Source: Gammaproteobacteria bacterium (GTDB lineage Bacteria > Pseudomonadota > Gammaproteobacteria > CAJXQU01). Taken from it: a stretch of 64,000 nt of DNA. The notes under the pieces are model-generated. The model did no database searches and had not been told where the DNA came from. It was given only the letters and a program-made list of their open reading frames with translations. Below are positions 1 through 10,860 of this stretch, piece by piece. The position numbers and the translations under genes were made by a program. The stretch spans positions 2,976,001-3,040,000 of the forward strand of contig CBDEGZ010000003.1 in NCBI GenBank assembly GCA_965238175.1, read 5' to 3'. Numbering within the stretch: position 1 is the stretch's first letter; the number at the start of each line of letters is the position of its first letter.

Positions 1-1127
1 GCACTGATAGTTACACGTTGATGAGCTGATATTTTTAGATCTGGCCGCATCGCCATGCTGTCATCAAGCGTGATTGTTGTAGGTAATTCACTCGCTTTTA
101 ATTTAGCTACTGCGAGAGGAATGGGGGGACCTTGAACTGCTTTCGCAAATACAAACACAGTATCTTCCGCATCAACCTGATCATTTAATTTCCCTGCAAG
201 ACTAACTTCTACTTGCAAAGAAATTTTTGATTGAACCGATTCCTCAGGCGTCTTTGCAGGCAATTCTTCTGACTGAGATTGAGACTGCGCTTCCACAATC
301 AGTCTTTTCATACTTTCGTGCACCGCAGAACCTGGTTTGGTTTGCATCAAAATTGGCTGTAAAAACTCAGCTACTTTCTCATATTCCTGCTCTTGATAGG
401 CCAACATTCCTGCAAGCCAACGTAGTTTTGGATAATCAGGATCAACATCAAGCGCACTAACAATTAACGATTTTGCATCGCCGGTAAGATCACCACTGTT
501 ACCCCGTCCGATCGCATCGGCATAATCTGCAAGCAGCGCAACATTATTACCGAAGATTTTATGTGCTTTGGAAAATGCTTCTCTGGCCTCACCAAAACGG
601 TTCATCACTAGATAAGATTTACCAAGCATGACCCAACCTTCCCCATCGCTCGGATCGGATTCAAGACGTTCAGCTAAAGCAGCAATCATAGTTTCTATAT
701 CAGGGGATTGCTCACTTAGTGCTTGCTCGGTTTTTTGTAATTCAACATCAAGTGCAGTCAATGATCCTGTCTGTAAATAAACCCCGATTGCAATAATCGG
801 CAGCCCAATCATGAGCAAGAAGATCAGTCCAATATTATTAGGCCTGCTTTGACTATCGTTTTCATTCGTTATTTTAGAAGCAGCTAATATCACTTGCGAT
901 AACTCTAATTCTAACTCTGATCGTGCTTGCTCAAATTGAGCTTGATCAATTCGTCCAGAACTTAAATCCTTATTCAACTCTTGTAAATATTCGCGTCCAA
1001 TCGCCAGATTATGTTCATTCTGAATCGATTCCTGATCAGCCTGAAAATTTTTCCTCAAAAGTGGCGGTAAAATTAACGCGAAAGCAACTACGATCATCAC
1101 TACAACACAGAGAAGAAAAATTGTCAT
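1..1127 (-). CDS. ccmI: cytochrome c biogenesis protein CcmI (TPR), 3' end runs off the window
   Basis: ATG at 1127 overlaps the ccmH stop (ATGA). Manual translation gives MTIFLLCVVVMIVVAFALILPPLLRK...NLAIGREYLQELNKDLSSGRIDQAQFEQARSEL, a typical CcmI N-terminus; follows ccmH. Not in the ORF track because it is truncated. Confidence 0.9.
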   Translation of the reverse strand, partial: MTIFLLCVVVMIVVAFALILPPLLRKNFQADQESIQNEHNLAIGREYLQELNKDLSSGRIDQAQFEQARSELELELSQVILAASKITNENDSQSRPNNIGLIFLLMIGLPIIAIGVYLQTGSLTALDVELQKTEQALSEQSPDIETMIAALAERLESDPSDGEGWVMLGKSYLVMNRFGEAREAFSKAHKIFGNNVALLADYADAIGRGNSGDLTGDAKSLIVSALDVDPDYPKLRWLAGMLAYQEQEYEKVAEFLQPILMQTKPGSAVHESMKRLIVEAQSQSQSEELPAKTPEESVQSKISLQVEVSLAGKLNDQVDAEDTVFVFAKAVQGPPIPLAVAKLKASELPTTITLDDSMAMRPDLKISAHQRVTIS

Positions 1128-1570
1128 TTCTCATCCTCAAGCAATCTTCTAACATTAACCAGATCTGTTTGATCAATTTCTGTAGTATCTGATCGACGTC
1201 TGATCATTAATACAACGGCAATAATTCCTATCAACACTAAGATTATTGGTGCGAACCAGAGTAAATAGGTCTCTGGCATCAATCGCGGCCGATACAAAAC
1301 AAATTCGCCATAACGGGCCACCAACTCTTCAATAATTTCATCATTGGTTTTACCTTCATCCATCAAGGCATACACTTTTTCACGCAAGTCATTTGCTAAT
1401 GGCGCATCCGAATCCGCTAAGGATTGATTCTGGCAAACAAGACATCGTAGCTCTTCCGTCAATTGACGAAACTGTTCAACCTGCTTTTGATCGGCAAAAG
1501 GAAAGCGTTGATCTTCCGCAAATGAAAAACCTGAAATTAAAATCAAGAATAATGCGATCAACTTATTCAC
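1124..1570 (-). CDS. ccmH: cytochrome c biogenesis protein CcmH
   Basis: LRCLVCQNQSLADS motif, signal peptide, C-terminal TM. Confidence 0.95.
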   Translation of the reverse strand: MNKLIALFLILISGFSFAEDQRFPFADQKQVEQFRQLTEELRCLVCQNQSLADSDAPLANDLREKVYALMDEGKTNDEIIEELVARYGEFVLYRPRLMPETYLLWFAPIILVLIGIIAVVLMIRRRSDTTEIDQTDLVNVRRLLEDEK

Positions 1571-2159
1571 TATTTTCTTCCTGGTATTGTATTTCTGCAG
1601 TAGCCACTTCTTGTGTATTCCATTGTTCTGTTTGAAGTTCTATCACGATAGGTTCCAAAATCTGCTTCCAATCTTGCCAGCTTATCGCGCCAACATGCTT
1701 GTAACGAATGATCCCTTGCGCATCAAGTATAAATGTTTCTGGCGTGCCATAAACTCCCCAGTCGAGACCCGTAACACCTTTTTGATCAAACGCCACCGCC
1801 CGATAAGGATTACCTAATTGTTGCAACCAACTTAGGGCATCTTCCTTCTCATCTTTATAATCAATACCATAAATGGCTAAGTTTTTATTACTCCGGGCAA
1901 CTTCCACCAAAACATCATGTTCACCGCGACAAGTGGGACACCAGGTTGCCCAAAAGTTGACTAGCGAAACTTCACCTTCAAGATCCGCCTGAGTGATCAA
2001 TTGATCTTCGTTTTGTAGATGCGGCAGTGAAAATTCTGGTGCTGGTTTACCGATAAAAGGCGAAGGGATAAAACGCGGATCGCGTTCCAATCCGACAATA
2101 AAAAACCCGATCAGAATTACAAACAAGACCAACGGTAAAATAAAAACCAGCTTTTTCAT
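1563..2159 (-). CDS. ccmG: thiol:disulfide interchange protein CcmG/DsbE
   Basis: WATWCPTC thioredoxin motif, GVYGTPETF, operon context. Confidence 0.95.
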   Translation of the reverse strand: MKKLVFILPLVLFVILIGFFIVGLERDPRFIPSPFIGKPAPEFSLPHLQNEDQLITQADLEGEVSLVNFWATWCPTCRGEHDVLVEVARSNKNLAIYGIDYKDEKEDALSWLQQLGNPYRAVAFDQKGVTGLDWGVYGTPETFILDAQGIIRYKHVGAISWQDWKQILEPIVIELQTEQWNTQEVATAEIQYQEENSE

Positions 2160-2165
2160 TTAATC

Positions 2166-4184
2166 TTAAGCAGGTGAAACAGACGATGTTTCAGTTTCAT
2201 CTACGTCTTTGGAAGGTTTGTGTATAGTTGCCTTATTTCTAGAAATTCTATATTTTGAAGTTTGTCGATAACGCCGATCCAGCGCTGCAAAAATCCCTCC
2301 CAAGGCCATAATCACACCACCACCCCAGATCCAACTAATAAAGGGTTTATAGTACAAACGCACCGGCCACATCTCATCTGTTTCTGGTGGTTGTCCAAGT
2401 GAAATATACAAATCACGTGTCAACGCAGTGTCAATTGCCGCTTCAGTCATTACGTTTTGTCTGACATGATAGATGCGCTTTTCAGGTCTCATTGTTGCGA
2501 TTATTTCACCGTCTTTGATTACCGTAAATACACCAACGTTAGCCAGATAATTTGCACCTTGCTGCTGCTCGACTGACTCAAACTTGAACAAAAATCCCGC
2601 TAACTCTTTTTCATCACCGGGTGTCATCCGTATATCATGATCATGGCTGTATGCACTGGAAAACGTCACACCCATTACAGTAATTGCTATTCCAATATGG
2701 GCTAATACCATGCCATAAACACCAGTAGGAATTGCTCTCAACCCAGATAAACCTTGGCGCCTGGAAACTCGTTGTTTAAGGTAGCCTAGGCTAGAAACGA
2801 TCATCCAAATGGAGACAGCCAACCCTGCAAATACCATCAACGAAGAGGACTGCATAAGAACAAAGACAGCAATGCTCAGAACGATTAAAAAGGTGATAAA
2901 AATAGTTCTAAGGTTTTGAATTAACTTACTCGCATCTTGTTCTTTCCATCGAACCATTGGACCAATTCCCAACAACAAAAACAGTGGCAGCATAAGTGGA
3001 GCAAAAACCGTATTAAAGTAAGGTGGTCCAACTGAGAGCTTGCCCTTGCCCAAAGCATCAATGATGAGTGGATAAATGGTTCCTAGCAAAATACATGCAG
3101 CGGCAGCGACTAATAACACGTTATTCAATAATAATAAGGTCTCACGTGAAAGTGGCTTGAACTCACCAACGGTCTTCAAAGTCTGCATTCGCCATGCATA
3201 TAAGATAAGTGAACCACCAATGACAACACCAAGAAATGCCAGAATAAAGAGTCCGCGCGAAGGATCCGTCGCAAAAGCATGCACTGAGGTTAATACGCCT
3301 GAACGGACCAGAAAGGTGCCTAAAAGACTTAACGAAAATGCAATAATGGCGAGTAATACCGTCCAACCACGGAACAGTCCACGTTTTTCTGTTACCGCAA
3401 GTGAATGGATCAAGGCCGTTGCAACTAGCCACGGCATGAACGATGCGTTTTCTACCGGATCCCAAAACCACCAGCCGCCCCAGCCAAGTTCATAATAAGC
3501 CCACCAGCTACCAAGCATGATCCCAAAAGTCAAAAATGACCAGGCAATAATCGTCCAGGGACGCGACCAACGTGCCCAGGCTGCATCAAGTCGCCCACCT
3601 ATCAGCGCTGCAATCGCAAATGCGAAGGGGACTGCTAAACCGACATAGCCCATGTAGAGCATCGGTGGATGAAAAGCCATTCCTGGATCTTGTAACAAAG
3701 GGTTAAGATCTGCACCGTCTACTGCCGCTGGAAAAAGGCGATCAAAAGGATTCGATGTGAATAACATGAAGAGTATCAAACCAATATTCAAGAAGCCCAG
3801 AACTGATAAAACTCGAGCAACAATATTTTCCGGCAAGCTACGACTAAACAGTGCAACTAAGGCTGTCCAGATCCCTAGAATAAAAACCCAGAGTAACATC
3901 GAGCCTTCATGCGCACCCCAAACTCCAGAGATCAAATAAATTAAAGGTAACCCTGAATTTGAATTGTTCGCCACATATAAAACACTAAAATCATGGCTGA
4001 TAAATGCATAGGTCAGTGCAGCATATGAAATAAGCAAAAATAGAAATTGCCCAAAAGCAGCCGGTCTGGCAACAGCCATTAAAGCAGGGTTATTTCTTTG
4101 CGCTCCCCACAACGGCAATGCAGCCTGAACGAGGGCTGTGCTCAACGCCATAATAAGTGCAAAGTGTCCTATCTCGGGTATCAT
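2166..4184 (-). CDS. ccmF: heme lyase CcmF
   Basis: WWAYYELGWGGWWFWDPVENASFMPW tryptophan-rich motif. Confidence 0.97.
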   Translation of the reverse strand: MIPEIGHFALIMALSTALVQAALPLWGAQRNNPALMAVARPAAFGQFLFLLISYAALTYAFISHDFSVLYVANNSNSGLPLIYLISGVWGAHEGSMLLWVFILGIWTALVALFSRSLPENIVARVLSVLGFLNIGLILFMLFTSNPFDRLFPAAVDGADLNPLLQDPGMAFHPPMLYMGYVGLAVPFAFAIAALIGGRLDAAWARWSRPWTIIAWSFLTFGIMLGSWWAYYELGWGGWWFWDPVENASFMPWLVATALIHSLAVTEKRGLFRGWTVLLAIIAFSLSLLGTFLVRSGVLTSVHAFATDPSRGLFILAFLGVVIGGSLILYAWRMQTLKTVGEFKPLSRETLLLLNNVLLVAAAACILLGTIYPLIIDALGKGKLSVGPPYFNTVFAPLMLPLFLLLGIGPMVRWKEQDASKLIQNLRTIFITFLIVLSIAVFVLMQSSSLMVFAGLAVSIWMIVSSLGYLKQRVSRRQGLSGLRAIPTGVYGMVLAHIGIAITVMGVTFSSAYSHDHDIRMTPGDEKELAGFLFKFESVEQQQGANYLANVGVFTVIKDGEIIATMRPEKRIYHVRQNVMTEAAIDTALTRDLYISLGQPPETDEMWPVRLYYKPFISWIWGGGVIMALGGIFAALDRRYRQTSKYRISRNKATIHKPSKDVDETETSSVSPA

Positions 4185-4220
4185 TTCTTGTGCCTTTTCT
4201 GCTTCTTACCTATTGAATGA

Positions 4221-4673
4221 TTACTGATTCTGTTTGTATTTTTGCATATCCTGAGCAGCTTCTAATGCTTCAGTCACTTCAGGTGGCATATAATTTTCAT
4301 CGTGTTTTGCGAGTACCAAATCGGCGATAAAAATACCCTTTTGATCAAGCTTTCCCTGCGCGATAATGCCCTGACCTTCTCTGAAAAGATCCGGCAAAAT
4401 ACCGGTGTATTTTACCGTTGTAGTATTAGCTGTATCGGTAACGACAAAAGTCACATCTAAGGTCTTTTTATCATGCTGAACACTGCCTTCCTCAACCATA
4501 CCTCCGACTCTAAAAGTATGATCCGCTGGCACTTCTCCAGCCATAACCTGGCTGGGACTATAAAAAGCATTCAGGTTTTTGCCTAACGCCATCAACGTCA
4601 GTGCTACCGCTATCGAAACCCCAAGCACCAAACCACCAATCATAAGTAAGCGCCGTTTACGTACTGGGTGCAT
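4221..4673 (-). CDS. ccmE: heme chaperone CcmE
   Basis: LPDLFREGQG and LAKHDENY motifs. Confidence 0.97.
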   Translation of the reverse strand: MHPVRKRRLLMIGGLVLGVSIAVALTLMALGKNLNAFYSPSQVMAGEVPADHTFRVGGMVEEGSVQHDKKTLDVTFVVTDTANTTTVKYTGILPDLFREGQGIIAQGKLDQKGIFIADLVLAKHDENYMPPEVTEALEAAQDMQKYKQNQ

Positions 4674-4845
4674 TTTTCTTATCTCTCAAATTATTATCGC
4701 GATCAATTTTCATGACCAATTCACGTTTTATTTGCCTCTCACGAAGCTTAGGCATCACTACATTTGCGATCAAAATTATGGCAGTAAGCCCATAACTTAA
4801 CCAGACATAAAGAGCATATCCGCCCATATTAAAAAATTCATCCAT
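4657..4845 (-). CDS. ccmD: heme exporter protein CcmD
   Basis: FFNMGGYALYVWLSYG, small single-TM protein between ccmC and ccmE. Confidence 0.93.
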   Translation of the reverse strand: MDEFFNMGGYALYVWLSYGLTAIILIANVVMPKLRERQIKRELVMKIDRDNNLRDKKNAPST

Positions 4846-5578
4846 CTTTTATCAAAACCTCTTTAACCCAACTGGTTTTTCGCTCCAGGAATAACAGCTC
4901 AGATCGCGCGCGCATCAAAACAACAGCACCATAATAAAGTTTAAAAGCCAAAGCCATGATCAAAAGTGGCGTTAGCATACTCGCATCAATGGCCGATTTA
5001 TTCATCACGCCAACACTCGATCCTTGGTGAAGCGTGTTCCACCAAGTCACTGAGTAATGAATGATTGGAATAATAACCACACAGACAATGGCTAATAAGG
5101 CACACGCCCGGCCTGCTACACGTCGATCTTCAATTGCGGATCCTAATCCTATATAACCGAGATAAATAAATAACAGTAATAGTTCTGAAGTAAGCCGTGC
5201 ATCCCAGATCCAATAGGTTCCCCACATAGGCTTACCCCAAAGTGAACCGGTAACCAAAGCCAAAAATGTAAACGATGCTCCAATCGGCGCGCTTGCTCTT
5301 GCGATAATATCTGCGACGGTGATTTTCCAGATCAAAAATGCTGCGCTACTAAAAGCGATCACCATATAAACAAACATCGACATCCAAGCCGCCGGCACAT
5401 GAACATACATAATTCGGAAACTATCGCCTTGTTGATAATCCGCAGGTGCCTGAATCAAGCCTCCATAAAGACCATATAGGATCAGTAATAATGCACTCCA
5501 ACCAAACAGAGGAACCAATTTATTAGCAAGATTATAAAAAATCTTTGGAGATCCTAATTTATGTAACCACGTCCACAT
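4838..5578 (-). CDS. ccmC: heme exporter protein CcmC
   Basis: WGKPMWGTYWIWDARLT WWD domain, HVPAAW. Confidence 0.97.
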   Translation of the reverse strand: MWTWLHKLGSPKIFYNLANKLVPLFGWSALLLILYGLYGGLIQAPADYQQGDSFRIMYVHVPAAWMSMFVYMVIAFSSAAFLIWKITVADIIARASAPIGASFTFLALVTGSLWGKPMWGTYWIWDARLTSELLLLFIYLGYIGLGSAIEDRRVAGRACALLAIVCVVIIPIIHYSVTWWNTLHQGSSVGVMNKSAIDASMLTPLLIMALAFKLYYGAVVLMRARSELLFLERKTSWVKEVLIKDG

Positions 5579-5606
5579 ACTTTTTAACTCTTTTTTAATC
5601 TGTTTG

Positions 5607-6272
5607 TTAACTCATACTAATTTTTAACGCTGCACCTATCGCAAGTGGTGCGAGTGTCAAGGTAAAAACTAACATTGCAGCCATTAGATAAATTTGACTA
5701 GAAACATCTAAACCCATTGCAGAAGCTTGAGCCGCATTTGCACCGAAGATCAACACCGGAACATAAAGCGGCAAGATCAATAAGGTCAACAGCATTCCAC
5801 CGCGCCTCAGACCAATTGTTAAAGCGACACCTATCGCCCCAACTAAACTTAATACCGGTGTGCCTAGCAATAATGTTAGCATGAGTACACCTAAGGATTC
5901 TGACGGAAGGTGCATCAACATCGCTAATATTGGTGTCACTAAAATAAGTGGTAATCCAGTTACCAACCAATGCGCGACTACTTTTGCCAGCATCAATACT
6001 GGCAACGGTTGTGGACTCAGCAATATCTGTTCAATGGTTCCATCATCAAAATCGGATCTAAAAATTCGTTCGATTGATAACAACGTCGCTAGTAAAGCAG
6101 CAACCCAAATAACACCGGCTGCCATAACTTCTAAAATTTTCGAGTCTGGGCTTACTGCAAGTGGGAACATGCTAACAATGATAATAAAGAACAACATGGG
6201 GTTCACAAGTTCCCCACGATTTCGATAAGCGAGTAATAAATCCCTTTTCAACAAGGCTAAAAAAGCATTCAT
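5607..6272 (-). CDS. ccmB: heme exporter protein CcmB
   Basis: FRSDFDDGTIEQ, LPLYVPVLIFG, hydrophobic. Confidence 0.95.
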   Translation of the reverse strand: MNAFLALLKRDLLLAYRNRGELVNPMLFFIIIVSMFPLAVSPDSKILEVMAAGVIWVAALLATLLSIERIFRSDFDDGTIEQILLSPQPLPVLMLAKVVAHWLVTGLPLILVTPILAMLMHLPSESLGVLMLTLLLGTPVLSLVGAIGVALTIGLRRGGMLLTLLILPLYVPVLIFGANAAQASAMGLDVSSQIYLMAAMLVFTLTLAPLAIGAALKISMS

Positions 6273-6910
6273 AACCGTTGCCTAGCATCTAGACTAATCG
6301 TTTTAATCTGAGGCAAGTTTACATCATGGTGACTAGTCAAAATTACCAACCCATCTGACGTTGCATGATCTGCAATAATAGCTTCTAGTTCCCCAATCCC
6401 AGATTTATCAATTGCGGTAAACGGTTCATCAAGAATCCAGAGCTTAGTGGGGCTGATCAATAATCGAGCTAACGCGACTCTTCGTCTTTGCCCTGCTGAA
6501 AGTGTTCGACAAAGTTGATGCTCAAAACCACGTAAACCAACTTTTTGTATCGCTTCTTGTGGCGATAAACTTTGTTGTTTATTTTCATCAGAGCCGGAAA
6601 GTGCTGCTGATAAGGTTAGGTTTTCTAATGGTGTGCAATCACCTTTTAAACCATCATGGTGACCGACATAGCTCATATTAACTGAATAGTCATAACGATC
6701 TTTGTGGATATTTTGATCGGACCAGAATATTTGCCCTAGATCAGCTTTGATCAAGCCACAGAGAATTCTTAATAAGGTTGTTTTGCCACTACCGTTAGGC
6801 CCTTCAATCTGCAAAACTTCTCCAGAATTAACCTCAAAATCGAGATCACTGAAGAGGAGTTGATCATTCCGTGAATATTCCAGACCCTTTGCAATCAGCT
6901 TCGCTGACAT
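6269..6910 (-). CDS. ccmA: heme exporter ATP-binding protein CcmA
   Basis: GPNGSGKTT Walker A, LSAGQRRR, LDEPFTAID; the ATG at 6910 is preferred over the TTG at 6916. Confidence 0.95.
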   Translation of the reverse strand: MSAKLIAKGLEYSRNDQLLFSDLDFEVNSGEVLQIEGPNGSGKTTLLRILCGLIKADLGQIFWSDQNIHKDRYDYSVNMSYVGHHDGLKGDCTPLENLTLSAALSGSDENKQQSLSPQEAIQKVGLRGFEHQLCRTLSAGQRRRVALARLLISPTKLWILDEPFTAIDKSGIGELEAIIADHATSDGLVILTSHHDVNLPQIKTISLDARQRL

Positions 6911-6912
6911 AA

Positions 6913-8226
<1,314 letters not shown>

Positions 8227-8246
8227 TTAATTAACAATCTATCCAA

Positions 8247-9470
8247 TCACAGTTTGCGCTTAGATATGAGTAGATTCGGGCGTTTGATCTCTTTAATAAC
8301 CCAACTATCGTTTTCTTTTACTAACTTTTTATTAGATAAATCATCTTCATGTCCGGGCAATTGGTTAACGACCCGCTTACCCTCTTTTCGCAATTTCTGT
8401 ATCACAACTGCTAGTTCAGGATCATCTGACCAAGATGCATATATTATCTCCTTCTGACCACATTCCAACGTCCCAGCGTGAACCAATGACTTCAGATCGG
8501 TACTGAAACCTGTTGCAGGCCTGGCCCGCCCGAAAACCTCACCGATCTCATCATAACGACCACCCCTTGCGATAGCCTGACCATGCCCAGGTAAATAGGC
8601 TGCAAACATAACGCCCGTGTGATAGTGAAACCCTCGCAGTTCTGAGAGATCAATATTCAATTTAAGATCCGGAACACGTAACAAAACTTGATCAACTATT
8701 ACAACTAAATCAGATAATGCCTGTTGTACATTCTGATCGGCCTTGGAAAGTGTATCTTGCGCCATTTCCAGCACTTCTCTTCCACCATTTAGGTCAACCA
8801 GTGCTTCGAGCATGGCTGACACATCTGTAGATAAATTCCATCCTGCTAAACATTCTTTTAATTCTGGAACGGCTTTGCGTTGTAACACATCAAACAACTG
8901 ATGTTGTTGATCGCTAGTCAAACCAGCTTGTTTAACCAAACCATTAAAGATCTTGATATGTCCAATATCCATATAAACAGATTCAAGACCTGCTTCATTT
9001 AATACCGCAAGCATCAAACAAATAATTTCAATATCGCTTTCCAGTCCATCATGACCAAAAAGCTCAGCACCGATCTGTAAAGGATTTCTGGAAGCCGACA
9101 ACCCTTTTGGATTTGTTTGCAGTACTGGGCCGAGATAACATAGTCGATTAGGTGACTCGTTTTTTAGACGATGTGCATCAATACGCGCGATTTGTGGTGT
9201 CATGTCCGCACGAATCCCCATTAAACGTCCCGTTCGTTGATCAGTTATTTTAAACGTTTGCAGATCAAGATCATGACTTGATCCGGTCAATAAGGATTCC
9301 AGATATTCCATCAATGGTGGAATAACCAGCTCATAACCCCAAGATTGAAATAGATCAATAATACCGCGACGCAACTGCTCCAGACATGCTGCGTGTGGAG
9401 GCAAAACTTCTTCAACACCTTCAGGCAACAGCCATTTATCTGACCACTGATCAGCTACTTTATTATTCAT
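8247..9470 (-). CDS. hisZ: ATP phosphoribosyltransferase regulatory subunit
   Basis: WLLPEGVEEVLP, RADMTPQIARIDAH, GGRYD; conserved position upstream of purA. Confidence 0.95.
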   Translation of the reverse strand: MNNKVADQWSDKWLLPEGVEEVLPPHAACLEQLRRGIIDLFQSWGYELVIPPLMEYLESLLTGSSHDLDLQTFKITDQRTGRLMGIRADMTPQIARIDAHRLKNESPNRLCYLGPVLQTNPKGLSASRNPLQIGAELFGHDGLESDIEIICLMLAVLNEAGLESVYMDIGHIKIFNGLVKQAGLTSDQQHQLFDVLQRKAVPELKECLAGWNLSTDVSAMLEALVDLNGGREVLEMAQDTLSKADQNVQQALSDLVVIVDQVLLRVPDLKLNIDLSELRGFHYHTGVMFAAYLPGHGQAIARGGRYDEIGEVFGRARPATGFSTDLKSLVHAGTLECGQKEIIYASWSDDPELAVVIQKLRKEGKRVVNQLPGHEDDLSNKKLVKENDSWVIKEIKRPNLLISKRKL

Positions 9471-9474
9471 ATTT

Positions 9475-9786
9475 AGTACTTTATCCGGCTAATATTGTCG
9501 CATTCAGCGCTTCGGTAATTGCTCCTGCATTCTCTACCGCCTGCATTCATGCAGTCGACCGTGGTGTTTTGCAGCAAGGCGCAGTACACCGAGAATAGTC
9601 GCTCTATTCTCAAACGCTGCAACGTAGCTACAGGACGCTACGGTAGCGTCCTTCGGGTTAGCTTGTCTGTGCCCATGAACTACGTTGTGTCTCTTGGAAA
9701 TGGAACGACCATTCCCAGCAAGACACGCCTTGCCATGATCACAGACAAGCTAACTGAACCCGACAATATTAACCGGGCAGAGTACT
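9475..9786. mobile_element. MITE-like palindromic element with 26-bp terminal inverted repeats and two inverted copies of a 53-nt structured motif
   Basis: AGTACTTTATCCGGCTAATATTGTCG (9475-9500) vs CGACAATATTAACCGGGCAGAGTACT (9761-9786): 22/26 inverted match. Internal long hairpins at 9558-9644 and ~9657-9754. Fills the DUF2065-hisZ gap. Confidence 0.75.
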
Positions 9787-9788
9787 GG

Positions 9789-9974
9789 TTAGCGAATCCA
9801 GTACAAAAGACCGACACCGATCAGCATGCATGTCAGTCCTACAAACCGCAGCGTAGAATCATCAATCTGTGATGCTTTGAGCATTGCTTCTCGAAAAGCC
9901 TTTGGACTCAAAAAGGGCATAATCCCTTCGATCACAAGTACCAAACCGAGCGCAATTAATAATCCCTGCCACAT
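9789..9974 (-). CDS. DUF2065 family small membrane protein (YjeT-like)
   Basis: ALGLVLVIEGIMPFLSP...LRFVG; conserved position after hflC. Confidence 0.9.
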   Translation of the reverse strand: MWQGLLIALGLVLVIEGIMPFLSPKAFREAMLKASQIDDSTLRFVGLTCMLIGVGLLYWIR

Positions 9975-9985
9975 TCAAGATCTGC

Positions 9986-10858
9986 TTATGGATAAGCTGG
10001 TATTTTAGAACTTGGATCTTTAAAGAACTTGAAAAAATCCGAATCAGGTTCTAATAACATCACATCATTCTGGTTTGAAAAACTACTTTGATAGGCATTC
10101 AAACGTCGATAAAAAGAATAAAACTCTTCATCTTGTTCATAGGCTTTTGCATAAGTTTCAGTGGCCTCTGCATCAGCCGCACCCCGGGTAATTTCTGCCT
10201 TCCGATAACCTTCAGCAAGTATGGTTGTTGATTCACGATCAGCTTTTGCACGAATTCTTTCTGCAGCCTCTTCCCCTTGTGAGCGTAACTGACGTGCAAT
10301 TCGTTCACGCTCAGCGCGCATCCGGCCATAAACAGATTCACTAATATCATCAGGGAAATCGATACGTTTGAGACGCACATCAACGACTTCTGCACCAAGC
10401 TCCACTGCCTGTTTATTTGATAATTCCGTAACGATTCTCATCACCTCTGCACGTTCACCCGCAATCAGATCATGGAGTGATCGCTTACCAAATTCACCCC
10501 GCATATTGTCATTTACTTTTTGATAAATAAGCAATCCCGCCTGATTTTGATCGCCGCTGGTAGCATTGTAATAAACAATGGGATCTTTAATACGCCATTT
10601 AATAAACGAGTCGACAATAACGTAGTTTTGATCTTGGGTCAGATAACGCTGCGGCTGTTCGTCTTCGGTCAAAATACGCTTATCAAACTTGCGGATATTA
10701 TTAATGAGTGGCATCTTAAAGTGTAAGCCCGGTTCAAAATCGGCACGCTTAATCTCACCCAGTTGGAACAAGATCGCCCATTCCGGTTCTTTTACGGTAA
10801 ATGCTGAAAGCGCGAATATAAACGCCGCAATCACTAAAGCAATAATATATTTAGGCAT
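9986..10858 (-). CDS. hflC: FtsH modulator HflC
   Basis: SPFH domain, RMRAERERIARQLRSQG. Confidence 0.96.
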   Translation of the reverse strand: MPKYIIALVIAAFIFALSAFTVKEPEWAILFQLGEIKRADFEPGLHFKMPLINNIRKFDKRILTEDEQPQRYLTQDQNYVIVDSFIKWRIKDPIVYYNATSGDQNQAGLLIYQKVNDNMRGEFGKRSLHDLIAGERAEVMRIVTELSNKQAVELGAEVVDVRLKRIDFPDDISESVYGRMRAERERIARQLRSQGEEAAERIRAKADRESTTILAEGYRKAEITRGAADAEATETYAKAYEQDEEFYSFYRRLNAYQSSFSNQNDVMLLEPDSDFFKFFKDPSSKIPAYP

Positions 10859-10860
10859 GA

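Noticed and set aside
227-1192. Plus-strand ORFs 227-460 and 923-1192
   Set aside because: Antisense shadows of ccmI, which occupies the minus strand.
9519-9872. 117-aa ORF (and 9386-9598) spanning the hisZ upstream region
   Set aside because: Lies across the palindromic element and antisense to DUF2065/hisZ; no recognisable protein features.
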